Assembly (NCBI GenBank): GCA_002010065.2
Contig: MTMD02000005.1
Coordinates: 22,180 to 86,179 of the forward strand
Origin: Candidatus Pyrohabitans jungbluthii
GTDB lineage: Archaea > Hydrothermarchaeota > Hydrothermarchaeia > Hydrothermarchaeales > BMS3B
Length of the DNA: 64,000 nt
Direction of reading: 5' to 3'
Every line of letters starts with the position of its first letter. The first letter of the stretch is position 1. Shown here in pieces: positions 9,104 through 18,447 of the stretch. The notes beneath the pieces were generated by a model. That model saw nothing but the letters and a program-made list of their open reading frames with translations. It did not search any database and had not been told where the DNA came from. A program made the position numbers and the translations under genes.

Positions 9104-9841
9104 ATGGAATACCTCGTAGAGGGGATTCTTCGTGCGGTAACGCTCATCCTCACCCTCGACCCCTACGTGATAAGCGTCGCCAAGGTTCAGATTATAGTCT
9201 CTACCAGCGCCGTTATACTAGCCTCTGCCACAGCAGTGCCAATTGCAGTGCTCTTCAGCTTCAGAAACTTCCCATTTAAGAACTTCCTTCTCACACTGAT
9301 AAACACAGGCATGGGTTTGCCGCCGGTAGTAGTGGGCCTGGTGGTGTTTGTGTTCTTCATGCGCCGCGGTCCCCTCGGCTTTCTGGATTTGGTTTATACC
9401 AGGGAGATAATGGTCATTGCGCAGTACCTCCTCGCTTTTCCCATAATACTCGGCGTGAGTATTGCTGCTATCAACGCCGTACCTAAGAGCATACGTGAGA
9501 CCGCCTATACCCTCGGGGCGCGGGATCGCGAAGTGGCACTGGTGGTGATTAAGGAAGCTGCCTTTGGAATAATCACAGGCATACTCGCGGGCGCTGGCAG
9601 AGTATTCGCCGAGGTGGGCGCTATTCTTACAGTTGGCGGAAACATCGCCTACGATATAGCCACGCCTGAGGGTATAATCCACGTCTCAAAGACGCGCACT
9701 CTCTCTACGGCTATCCCCCTTGAGACCAGCCAGGGAGATATAGCCGCTGCCATAGCGTTTGGGCTTATTCTTTTAACCATAACCTTCATCCTCAACCTTC
9801 TGGTGAGCTTCCTGCGCAGGAGGGCGAGTATTGAGGCGTAG
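9104..9841 (+). CDS. tupB: Tungstate ABC transporter permease
   Basis: NTGMGLPPVVVGL, EVGA…VGGNI, TRTL; start moved to ATG 9104. Confidence 0.92.
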   Translation: MEYLVEGILRAVTLILTLDPYVISVAKVQIIVSTSAVILASATAVPIAVLFSFRNFPFKNFLLTLINTGMGLPPVVVGLVVFVFFMRRGPLGFLDLVYTREIMVIAQYLLAFPIILGVSIAAINAVPKSIRETAYTLGARDREVALVVIKEAAFGIITGILAGAGRVFAEVGAILTVGGNIAYDIATPEGIIHVSKTRTLSTAIPLETSQGDIAAAIAFGLILLTITFILNLLVSFLRRRASIEA

Positions 9842-10928
9842 CATTGTGCGCCTGGAAAACATAAGTAAGCACTTCTCTGGCAGAGAAGTGCTGAGCAGGA
9901 TAAACCTTGAGATAAGGGAGGGGGAGCTTCTAACCCTACTCGGACCAAGCGGCGCAGGCAAGACGACACTCATGCGCATTATCAACCTCTTCACCAAGCC
10001 AAGCGAGGGGAAGCTCTACTTCCGCGACAGGGAGGTAACCCGCCTGAGTGGCGACGCCCTGCTTGAGGTAAGGCGCAGCATGGTGATGGTATTTCAGAAG
10101 CCGGTGATGTTCTCGGGCAGCGTGTTTGACAATGTCGCCTATGGGTTGAGAATAAGGGGCTATTCCAGGGCAGAGATTGAGCGCAGGGTTAAAGAGGCGC
10201 TTCGCCTTGTTGGTCTGGAAGGTTACGAGGAGCGCAACGCCCGTACATTGTCTGGGGGCGAAGCCCAGCGCGTAGCCTTTGCTCGTGCAGTTGTGATTCA
10301 ACCTGAGCTTCTTTTGCTGGACGAGCCCACCACCAGCTTGGACCCGATAAGCGAAGCCAGGGTGCACAGCATAATAAGGAAGATAAAGGAGCTTGGGATA
10401 AGTGTGGTGCTCACCACGCACAAGCAGCATGAGGCTATCGCTTTGGGTGACCGTGTGGCGGTGCTCAAAGATGGCAAGCTCCAGCAGGTGGGCACCCCCC
10501 AAGAGGTTATATACACACCAAAAACACGCTTCGTCGCAGAATTTACGGGCATGGTGAACATCTACGATGGTGTTGTTGAGGAAGTGGGCAGCACCCACTG
10601 CACCGTCAGGGTGGGCGAGGTTGCTCTGATGATGCACGCCTTTGAGGCTTCTCGCGGGGAGCGCATCTGCATAGGCATACGCCCCGAGGAGGTTATGCTT
10701 CTTCGCACCGACGTGCCCCTGAACCCAAGACACAAAAACGTCCTTACCGGTGTGGTAAGCGAGATTTCACCTCAGGGCAGCGCCATGCTGAGACTGCGCA
10801 TTGCCAGCGGAGGCTTTGAGGTGAGCGCCGACGTGCCCAGGCACGTGGCTGAGAAGATGAGCATCCGCAAGGGCGGCGAGGTGCTCTTCTCTCTTAAAAC
10901 CTCCTGTTTGCGCAGGCTTGAGGAGTAG
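9831..10928 (+). CDS. tupC: Tungstate ABC transporter ATPase with TOBE domain
   Basis: GPSGAGKTT, LSGGE, LLLDEP; C-terminal OB/TOBE-like region. Confidence 0.92.
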   Translation: MRRSIVRLENISKHFSGREVLSRINLEIREGELLTLLGPSGAGKTTLMRIINLFTKPSEGKLYFRDREVTRLSGDALLEVRRSMVMVFQKPVMFSGSVFDNVAYGLRIRGYSRAEIERRVKEALRLVGLEGYEERNARTLSGGEAQRVAFARAVVIQPELLLLDEPTTSLDPISEARVHSIIRKIKELGISVVLTTHKQHEAIALGDRVAVLKDGKLQQVGTPQEVIYTPKTRFVAEFTGMVNIYDGVVEEVGSTHCTVRVGEVALMMHAFEASRGERICIGIRPEEVMLLRTDVPLNPRHKNVLTGVVSEISPQGSAMLRLRIASGGFEVSADVPRHVAEKMSIRKGGEVLFSLKTSCLRRLEE

Positions 10929-10989
10929 CTATATTAGTTTTAGGTCAGAATCAGTTAGCAGCATTGCTCCTCCTTCTAATGGAGTAAAA

Positions 10990-11075
10990 TGGTAATGGTT
11001 CACGGATATACGAAGCTCTGAGCGCAGCGAAGGGTTTTGGGTGAGCAATAGCCAACCGCATAGTTGCTGTTAGGT
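10990..11075 (-). repeat. attC-like site 1 (degenerate R' box)
   Basis: Minus strand ACCTAAC-AGCAA-CTATGCG…CGTATAT…ATTACCA; the DUF2075 stop TAA lies inside ACCTAAC; homologous to 12992-13075. Confidence 0.7.
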
Positions 11076-12968
11076 GACGTAATCATTATATATCTTATTT
11101 AATAATTCAGCCGTTTCTTTATCTTCACAGATAATGTAAGTACCTTTTATTCCTCTTGTCAAAAATATCCTATATCTATTCTTTAAAAGAAACAGCGCTT
11201 TTTCTTTTGCTTCTTTGTTTCCATTTTTCGCCTGAGAGAATAAATCTTTTAAACTTGGCTTTCCAATATTATCTTCACAATTGTCTCCGACTTCCCATTT
11301 GTTGTTTCTAATAACATAATCTCTGCCCCAAATTATGCCAGCATAATCAGTTTCAAAGCCTTGGCATCCGTAAATCGAGGCACATTTGTCAAGTTTGTTG
11401 GATTCCCCTCGTACCCAAAAAGGAACATAGTCCCTTTTAGGATCCATCAACCAATAAATTTTTTTGTTAAAATTTTTATAGATGTTTAAACCGGAGTAAA
11501 GTGGGTATCCTATTCTTAAATTTTTTATTGAAGAATGATTTTGAAAATCTCCTGGCGATTCTGTAAATGCTGCGATTAATGCAACTTTATTGTTTATTGC
11601 TTTGCTTTTCAGTGCATTATACATTTCATCAAAATCTGTAAATACCCTAAAATCATAGTTTTTCTTCCATGGGTCCACTAAGTCTTTGTTAATATTCACG
11701 GGACCAGTGATTAATTTTTCTACAAAAGCATGATAAGTCTCGCCGCCCTGAACCCTGTAAAATCCTTTCAGATACCTTTCTTTTACATACTTCCCTTGTT
11801 TTTGTGCTTCGTATTTAAAGTTTTCCGTAGTTCCTTCTTCTTCAGCATTAAGAATTTGTCCTTCATCGTAGAAAAAGACTGTAATTCTTCCTCTTTGAAC
11901 AGCATAGGTAATGTTTCTTTTGGTCATTCTTTGTGCCTCGTCATAAATTACAAGATCAAAGCTTCCATTAAAATTTTGTTCTGCAACTCCTCTAAATCTA
12001 GCTCTGGGTCCTACTGAATAAAATTTAATTGGGTTTGATAAGCCTCTTTGTATAGAATCAAAAATCTCTCTTATAGAGTTTATCAATCTATTATTGCGAT
12101 AAGCTAAAATTGTTTGATATTTTAAAGAAAGAGCGGAAAGCATAAGATGAATAGCAACTAAAGTTTTCCCGGAACCTGGAGCTCCTTGTACCAAATAAAT
12201 AATATCTTTTTTACCATTTCTTAAGTCTGCAATTATCTCTTCTATGAGCTTTAATTGTTCCTCCGATAATCCCCATCCATTTTGTGCTAAAGTTTCATAG
12301 CTTCTTTGTTTTATTTCCTCAAAGTGGTTTTTTATTGAATCAAAAAGTTGTTTGTTCTGAATATAAGTGCCATTTAAAAATTTTTCAATTGTCTTATTAT
12401 CCAGTGATGTTTTTAAACAACCTATTATAAATCGTTGGAATTGAACAGTATCATTTTTAAAGAAAACATTACCATTAAAGTTGATATTAATATTGTTTTT
12501 ATCAGCATTGTAAAATAATACACATCCTGAAAAGTTAAAATTTTTAGATTCTGAATGAGAAAATCTCAATTTACCTATGTAATTTTCCAACTGATATTCA
12601 GGATGACTTGAAATTCCTATATTACTCCGAACCAAAAAGTCTGTTACCTTATTAGCAAATGTCCATCCTTTCAACTCCGCAACAATAACCGCGGGATTAC
12701 CATTACTATTAGCACCAAATATCAATAAATCAATACGTTCATTACTAAAAGGCAAACGATATTCAAAGGTTACATCAAAATCAAGTAAGTTTTGATTGTT
12801 AAACACTTGTTTGAGGTATGCAATTGAAGATTTCCAAGCATTAATTTGTTGTATATCGGCATCCTCTCCATAAACATTCCAAAATCCATTTTTAAATGTA
12901 CTCAACAAGTCATCATCATTTTTTTGTATAAAATCTCTTATTTTACCAACATATATTTGATTTTTCAT
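11070..12968 (-). CDS. DUF2075 (Schlafen group-3-like) helicase/ATPase with N-terminal PD-(D/E)XK-like region
   Basis: FEYRLP…RIDL…ELKGW; Walker A GAPGSGKT; DEAQR; SIYGCQGFE; NRYRIFLTRG. Confidence 0.85.
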   Translation of the reverse strand: MKNQIYVGKIRDFIQKNDDDLLSTFKNGFWNVYGEDADIQQINAWKSSIAYLKQVFNNQNLLDFDVTFEYRLPFSNERIDLLIFGANSNGNPAVIVAELKGWTFANKVTDFLVRSNIGISSHPEYQLENYIGKLRFSHSESKNFNFSGCVLFYNADKNNININFNGNVFFKNDTVQFQRFIIGCLKTSLDNKTIEKFLNGTYIQNKQLFDSIKNHFEEIKQRSYETLAQNGWGLSEEQLKLIEEIIADLRNGKKDIIYLVQGAPGSGKTLVAIHLMLSALSLKYQTILAYRNNRLINSIREIFDSIQRGLSNPIKFYSVGPRARFRGVAEQNFNGSFDLVIYDEAQRMTKRNITYAVQRGRITVFFYDEGQILNAEEEGTTENFKYEAQKQGKYVKERYLKGFYRVQGGETYHAFVEKLITGPVNINKDLVDPWKKNYDFRVFTDFDEMYNALKSKAINNKVALIAAFTESPGDFQNHSSIKNLRIGYPLYSGLNIYKNFNKKIYWLMDPKRDYVPFWVRGESNKLDKCASIYGCQGFETDYAGIIWGRDYVIRNNKWEVGDNCEDNIGKPSLKDLFSQAKNGNKEAKEKALFLLKNRYRIFLTRGIKGTYIICEDKETAELLNKIYNDYVT

Positions 12969-12991
12969 TTCCTATTCCCCCAGATTATGTT

Positions 12992-13075
12992 GCCTAACAT
13001 TCCGGGGATATGTGAAGTTCGCCCGATAGGGCAAATTTTGGTGAGTGATAGCGAACCACATACTCACTGTTGTCC
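12992..13075 (-). repeat. attC-like site 2
   Basis: Minus strand GGACAAC-AGTGA-GTATGTG…CACATAT…GTTAGGC; inner hairpin TTTGCCC-TATC-GGGCGAA. Confidence 0.75.
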
Positions 13076-13140
13076 GAGTGCGTTGACACCGAAGCGAAGC
13101 GGAGAGTTCGGCTCGATGGTGATATGTCTATCAATCTACA

Positions 13141-14820
13141 TCATTTTAACTCTTCCTGTAGTGGAAAAACATTTTGGTCTTCAATAAAATCTTGCTTTAT
13201 CTCATTTATAAATTCTGGAATGTAATCGGGGAACTCATCAATAATCTTCTTAACAATATATCTATGTTTTTGAGCTTTTCTCAAACCCAACTCTTCAGAT
13301 TCTCTTTTAAACTCCTCATATCTATTATTAAGCCCGTTACTTTGGCAGTATTTCTCGAAATCCATTTTTGTTGCTGTCTCAAAGTTATTGTTAAATATTA
13401 ACAATTTCTGCCCAAATCTGCCGTTTATGAGCTTAAATACTTTGCTATCTTCGATTTTTTCAATATTGTCAACTGAAATATCAAAACATTCTGCAATAGT
13501 TTCATTGTTTCTTTTATTTGAAGATTTATCTATATCATTATCAAAAACAACTAACATTGGAATATTAAATTTGTAGAACAATCTCCAATATTTTGGTATC
13601 TGAGGCTTCCCTACAACCCCTATGACAGATATGCCTCTTTTATTTATATCAATCCCTGCTTTAGTTAATAAAAGAGGAAAGCATAATTCTTCTGTATCTC
13701 CTTCAACTAATATAATTTTCTTTGCAAAAAATGCTTCTTTTAACCTTTCGTTGGATGTAAGAGCATAAAAGTCGGTGATGTTTTCTACTGTAGATTTCCC
13801 TGCGGCACCAGTTTCATTTGAAAATTTGACTAAATCATTTTTAGAAACTTGTATTATCTTTGTACCTTTTTCTTTTGTTTTGTAAACAAGAGCTATATTT
13901 TCAAAATGCTCTGTTTCAATAAATGTTGATGAATGGGTCGTAATCATTATTTGTATATTTGAATTTCTAACTATTTCTTTGAAAATTTTAAGCAAGTGTC
14001 TTCTTGCTTGTGGATGCATATAAATTTCAGGTTCTTCAATGATCAACAAACCTTGAGCTTCATTTTTAAAATTTTTGGCATAAGCTCTCAATAGAGAGAG
14101 AATAATAAGGTTTCTGCTACCTTCACCTAATTCTTCAATATCAATATCGTAATCATCACCCAAGATTTTATCATTTGTAAGGATGTTAATGGTTTTGAAG
14201 TAATTTAATGGAGAAAACGGCTTGAAATCAACTTTTAATTTATATGATGAATCTGCTTGCATTTCCTCAAATAATACGCAGAAATCTTCTTTAAATTGTT
14301 TAAATTCGTCAATTTTTTCTAGAATTTCCATAACTTCGTTAAATTTACTTTCTAATTCTTCTGTTAAATTTCTTTTTCTAACGAGTTTATTAAATGAGTG
14401 CGCAATTTTCCCCATCAAAGCCCATTTATTAAATGAAAGTGTTTGAGGAATACCTCTTTCAGCTGAAAGATAATTACAAGGGAAGTCTTCTTTTATATTG
14501 CTCTGATTTGACCTAATTGGATTTCCATTTTCATCAAAGTATTTAGGCCAGCCTTTTTGGCTGTTAAATTCAACTCTTCTGCCATTATCAAACTTAATGG
14601 TTATTTCAATTGGATTGTTAGTATTCCTCATATAAAAATCTATTGAATCAATATTTTTACCCCACCATCCTTCTCCTAAAATATTATTAATAGCTCTAAC
14701 TATATTCGATTTACCAGCATTATTAGCTCCAACTAAAACCATCAGTCCGCTCTCGGGAAACCAGAATTCTAAATCTTTAATTGAACGAAAGTTTTTTATA
14801 TGAACTTTTTTAATTTTCAT
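13141..14820 (-). CDS. OLD-family ATP-dependent nuclease (ABC ATPase + TOPRIM)
   Basis: IKNFRSI, GANNAGKS, LGEG, IIEEPEIYMHP, TTHS, ILVEGDTE, FDND. Confidence 0.9.
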   Translation of the reverse strand: MKIKKVHIKNFRSIKDLEFWFPESGLMVLVGANNAGKSNIVRAINNILGEGWWGKNIDSIDFYMRNTNNPIEITIKFDNGRRVEFNSQKGWPKYFDENGNPIRSNQSNIKEDFPCNYLSAERGIPQTLSFNKWALMGKIAHSFNKLVRKRNLTEELESKFNEVMEILEKIDEFKQFKEDFCVLFEEMQADSSYKLKVDFKPFSPLNYFKTINILTNDKILGDDYDIDIEELGEGSRNLIILSLLRAYAKNFKNEAQGLLIIEEPEIYMHPQARRHLLKIFKEIVRNSNIQIMITTHSSTFIETEHFENIALVYKTKEKGTKIIQVSKNDLVKFSNETGAAGKSTVENITDFYALTSNERLKEAFFAKKIILVEGDTEELCFPLLLTKAGIDINKRGISVIGVVGKPQIPKYWRLFYKFNIPMLVVFDNDIDKSSNKRNNETIAECFDISVDNIEKIEDSKVFKLINGRFGQKLLIFNNNFETATKMDFEKYCQSNGLNNRYEEFKRESEELGLRKAQKHRYIVKKIIDEFPDYIPEFINEIKQDFIEDQNVFPLQEELK

Positions 14821-15050
14821 GGCTAAACCCCCCGTTCAGGATGATTTTCTTCATCTCTTCAAGTTGAGTTATTTGGTTCTGGATTTTCTCATTTAGGGTT
14901 TTGATTTTTTCATAAACACCGTCAAGGTAATTTGCTATTTCTTTTTGCTTTTCAAGGTTTATTTGGTTGTTGTGGAAGGGGGATTTTTACTAATAAAAGC
15001 TTTTTATTGGATATTCCAATCTGCCCGATCCATTTTGTAGCTTCCTTCCT
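14810..15050 (-). pseudogene. hsdS: C-terminal remnant of a type I R-M specificity subunit, frameshifted
   Basis: …QIGISNKKLLLVKIPLP / NNQINLEKQKEIANYLDGVYEKIK…LEEMKKIILNGGFSHEN*; overlaps the OLD start; no start codon found. Confidence 0.75.
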
Positions 15051-15115
15051 ACCACCTCCCGACATCCGAATTTAATGACTTTTGATATCACTTAAATCTT
15101 TCGCAGTGGTTTGGG

Positions 15116-15952
15116 TCAAAAGCCGCCGAATAGACTGTAAACCTCAGCCAAAAGCCACACCAGCAGCGCCGCGAAGAATACTGCGGGAAGCGCCGGGTAG
15201 GCTTTTTTAGCACTCTTCAGTGTGAAGCGCAGGAAGACGAGCATGGCTATGGCAGCTGAGAAGATAGCGGCGATTCCCCAGGCTAAGCCAAGCTCTGCGT
15301 AGCTCGCCGCAGCCACGGAGGAGGCGAAGAGCAGGTCGCCGAAGCCCAGAACAAGGCGATTTTCATCAGCAACGCCCACATCCACCCCGAAGGGTACGCC
15401 CGCTTTTTCTAACTGAGACGCAAGCTTGGGTATGGCTTGCTTTCTTAGTACATAGTAGTAGTCCAGCATGGCAAGCAGAGCCAAGCCGAGCACAAGCGCC
15501 CCGAGGCTGAGGTAGCTTGCCAGCGTGGCACCCGCTACGCCAGAGAAGCAAACGAGCTGCAGATTTCTCATCCACGGTTTAAGCTTTTTGGGAGCGGCAA
15601 AGGGCAGGAGCAGGGCTACAAGCAACACCAACAGGAAGAGAAGGCTCGGCGCAGGAAGTAGCGCCTCAAGCATTGAGAGCAGTATGAGGATTATTAGAGC
15701 GTAGCTGAAGTAGGCTGAGGCGAGAACCGCAAACTTGACCATTTTCAAGAATGCGCGAGAGCGGAAGAGGATGAGGTAGAGGTTAAGCGCAAGGATGAAG
15801 AGCACAGGCATGGCAAGAGCATAGCCGAAGCCAGCATTCGCCTGCGTCTCCGCCTCGCCCACGCTGGGAGTGAGGAGGAGCTCATGCTGGTACAGCAGCG
15901 CTGCAGCGCCGGAGAGAAGGAGGAAGAATATTATGAGCGCTTCGCTTCTCAT
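15116..15952 (-). CDS. Presenilin/SPP-like GxGD intramembrane aspartyl protease
   Basis: LD (YD-like), LGFGDL, PALP motifs; about 9 TM. Confidence 0.8.
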   Translation of the reverse strand: MRSEALIIFFLLLSGAAALLYQHELLLTPSVGEAETQANAGFGYALAMPVLFILALNLYLILFRSRAFLKMVKFAVLASAYFSYALIILILLSMLEALLPAPSLLFLLVLLVALLLPFAAPKKLKPWMRNLQLVCFSGVAGATLASYLSLGALVLGLALLAMLDYYYVLRKQAIPKLASQLEKAGVPFGVDVGVADENRLVLGFGDLLFASSVAAASYAELGLAWGIAAIFSAAIAMLVFLRFTLKSAKKAYPALPAVFFAALLVWLLAEVYSLFGGF

Positions 15953-16815
15953 TCTTCGAATATCTCCTCGGTCTCACCCCTAAAGACGCGCTTCGCGGGG
16001 CCACGCATTCGCAGGTTGACCACCTCTCCGTCTTCCACCTCGACTTCAACGTAGAGCGTGCCACCGCGGGCGCGTATCTCTATTGGCTTCTCCGGCGAAG
16101 CCTCGCCCAGGAGCACTGCGATGGCGCCGCATGCGGTTATACCCGTGCCGCACGCTAAGGTCTCGCCCTCCACGCCGCGCTCATAGGTGCGCACCGCGAA
16201 GAGGTTCTCTCCCAGCTTCTCCACGAAGTTGACGTTCGTGCCCTGAGGGAAAGCCTCATGGAAGCGCAGCGCCCTGCCTAAGCGGAGAACGTCTACATTG
16301 GCAAGGTCGTGCACAAATACAACGGCGTGAGGCACGCCAGTGTTTACAGCGCTCACCTCAAGCTCCTCTCCGGCTACGCGTAGCTTCTGCTTTATAAACC
16401 TCCCTTCCCCCAGCGCAGGTATCTCTTTTCGCAAAAATCGCGGCAAGCCCATCTCAACCCGCACTTCCTTGGCGATGCCGTCGCTGGGGTAAACCTCGAC
16501 ATTGAGCACTCCTGCGAGGGTCTCTATGCGCATCTTCTCCCGCTTAACTATTCCAAAGTCGTAGAGATGCTTTGCAAAGCAGCGCATGCCATTGCCGCAC
16601 ATCTCAGCCTCGCTGCCGTCGCTGTTGAAGTATCTGAAGCGCGCGTCTGCTTTATCGGAGCGCTCCACAAGCAGCAACCCATCGCCGCCCACGCCGAAGT
16701 GACGGTGGCACAGCTTCCTCGCCAGCTCAGGCTTTGTCTTTTCTTCGATCTCGCCACGCAGGTTCTCCACTAGAACAAAGTCGTTGCCCGCGCCGTGATA
16801 CTTGTAGAATTTCAT
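15949..16815 (-). CDS. dapF: Diaminopimelate epimerase
   Basis: HGAGNDF, EMCGNG, ERGVEGETLACGTG. Confidence 0.97.
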   Translation of the reverse strand: MKFYKYHGAGNDFVLVENLRGEIEEKTKPELARKLCHRHFGVGGDGLLLVERSDKADARFRYFNSDGSEAEMCGNGMRCFAKHLYDFGIVKREKMRIETLAGVLNVEVYPSDGIAKEVRVEMGLPRFLRKEIPALGEGRFIKQKLRVAGEELEVSAVNTGVPHAVVFVHDLANVDVLRLGRALRFHEAFPQGTNVNFVEKLGENLFAVRTYERGVEGETLACGTGITACGAIAVLLGEASPEKPIEIRARGGTLYVEVEVEDGEVVNLRMRGPAKRVFRGETEEIFEE

Positions 16816-16896
16816 GGCCTTGCCTCCAGTTTACTGTGTATGGTTATTGTTATGGCTAAAATTATATTTATAGCATCCTCTCATTAATGTAATATA

Positions 16897-18447
16897 ATGG
16901 GCTCCCGGTATGAAGTATGCATTATAGGTGGGGGGATAACCGGTGCTGGCATTGCCAGAGACCTAGCAATGAGAGGTGTGGATGTAATCCTTCTGGAGCG
17001 AGGTGACCTGTCTACAGGCTCCACCGGCAGGAGCCACGGCTTACTGCACAGCGGGGGGAGGTATGTGGTCACTGACATAGATAGCGCAAGGCAGTGCGCC
17101 TCCGAGAATGAGATTTTGAGGAAAGTTGCCGGGAGCTTTATCCATGCCACGGGCGGGCTGTTCGTTTCTCTTAAGGGTGACGATGACTCCTACTTGGAAA
17201 GATTCCTGCAGGGGTGCAGGAGCGCTGGAGTGAAGGCGAGTGAGATATCGCCGGAGGAGGCTCTAAAGCTTGAGCCAAACCTGAGCAGTAGCGTAGAGGC
17301 TGCGGTGGAGGTGAACGACGCTGTTGCTGACCCCTTTATGCTCACTGTTGCAAACGCGTACGCCGCTCGCGAAGAGGGTGCTGAGATTGAGACCTACGCA
17401 AGAGTGGTGGAGATCGACGGTGAGAGGGTGGGTTACCTGCAAAATCACAGAAGGCACACGATAAAGGCAGAGGTCATAATAAACGCCTCTGGCGTTTGGG
17501 CTGGCGAAGTTGCGAAGCTTGCTGGGAAAAAGATTGAGGTTAAGGCTTACAAGGGCACCATTCTGGTCTATCAGGGTAGAGCGGTGCAGAGGGTGGTAAA
17601 CCACCTCCGCCTGCCTTCGCAGGGCGACATCCTTCTCCCCCACCAGAGCACCACCCTGGTGGGCACCACCCTTATGCCAGAGGCAAAGCTTGAGAAGTTC
17701 CTAATTGAGAGAGAAGAAGTGGAGCTTCTTAAGAGGGAAGGCGCAGCCAAGGTTCCCCTCCTTCGTAAGATGAGGCTTTTAAGGGCTTACGCGGGCTTGA
17801 GACCAATAGTGGGCGAGTGGAAAGAGAGAGGTTATGCGCTTATCGAAGATGGAAACTTCATCACCATCACCGGGGGTAAGTTCACCATATTTCGATTAAT
17901 GGCAGAGCGCGCGAGCGACGCCGCTTGCAGAATGCTTGGTGTTAGGGCGAGGTGCCTCACAGCGAAAGAGCCGATTATTGAGGAAGGCGAGGATGAGAAG
18001 CTGAAGGCGAAACTTGGGGAGCGCACTATGGGGAGGCTTTATAAGAAGTACGGAGCGCTTACGCAGAAGCTTTCGCTCTACGCAGGGAAAAAGAAGGTCA
18101 CCTGCCTGTGCGAGGGAGTCAGCGAGGGCGAAGTGATTTTCTCGGCGAAAGAGCTTTTCTGTAAAAATATTCGCGACATAAGGCGGCGCACAAGGCTGGG
18201 AATGGGCTTCTGCCAGGGCAGGAGGTGCACCCTTGAAGCGGCTCTCGCCCTTTTCTCAGAGGGCATAATTTCTCCAGAGGAGGCGCAGATGCAGATCATA
18301 AACAGCTTAAGAGAGAGGTGGAAGGGGTTAATGCCTGTGATGGAGGAATCCTTAAAGGAGGCAAAGCTTACTGAAGCGACGTACGCATGCGCCGGCAACT
18401 ACGATAAGATTAAAAAGCACATCTCTGGGCTGGTGAGTTTCCTTTGA
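16897..18447 (+). CDS. glpA: Anaerobic glycerol-3-phosphate dehydrogenase subunit A-like
   Basis: GGGITG FAD site, HGLLHSGGRY, C-terminal CLCE…RTRLGMGFCQGRRC (BFD-like 2Fe-2S). Confidence 0.88.
   Translation: MGSRYEVCIIGGGITGAGIARDLAMRGVDVILLERGDLSTGSTGRSHGLLHSGGRYVVTDIDSARQCASENEILRKVAGSFIHATGGLFVSLKGDDDSYLERFLQGCRSAGVKASEISPEEALKLEPNLSSSVEAAVEVNDAVADPFMLTVANAYAAREEGAEIETYARVVEIDGERVGYLQNHRRHTIKAEVIINASGVWAGEVAKLAGKKIEVKAYKGTILVYQGRAVQRVVNHLRLPSQGDILLPHQSTTLVGTTLMPEAKLEKFLIEREEVELLKREGAAKVPLLRKMRLLRAYAGLRPIVGEWKERGYALIEDGNFITITGGKFTIFRLMAERASDAACRMLGVRARCLTAKEPIIEEGEDEKLKAKLGERTMGRLYKKYGALTQKLSLYAGKKKVTCLCEGVSEGEVIFSAKELFCKNIRDIRRRTRLGMGFCQGRRCTLEAALALFSEGIISPEEAQMQIINSLRERWKGLMPVMEESLKEAKLTEATYACAGNYDKIKKHISGLVSFL

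Larger units (their letters stand above)
10990..15050 (-). mobile_element. AT-rich horizontally acquired defence-like island with attC-like sites (CALIN-like, no integrase in window)
   Basis: Abrupt GC drop (roughly 30 percent by eye versus >50 percent in flanks); two related attC-like repeats; hsdS remnant, OLD and DUF2075 genes. Confidence 0.75.

Noticed and set aside
11070-14820. Canonical Gabija
   Set aside because: Partner is DUF2075-type, not UvrD/GajB, and an attC-like site separates the genes
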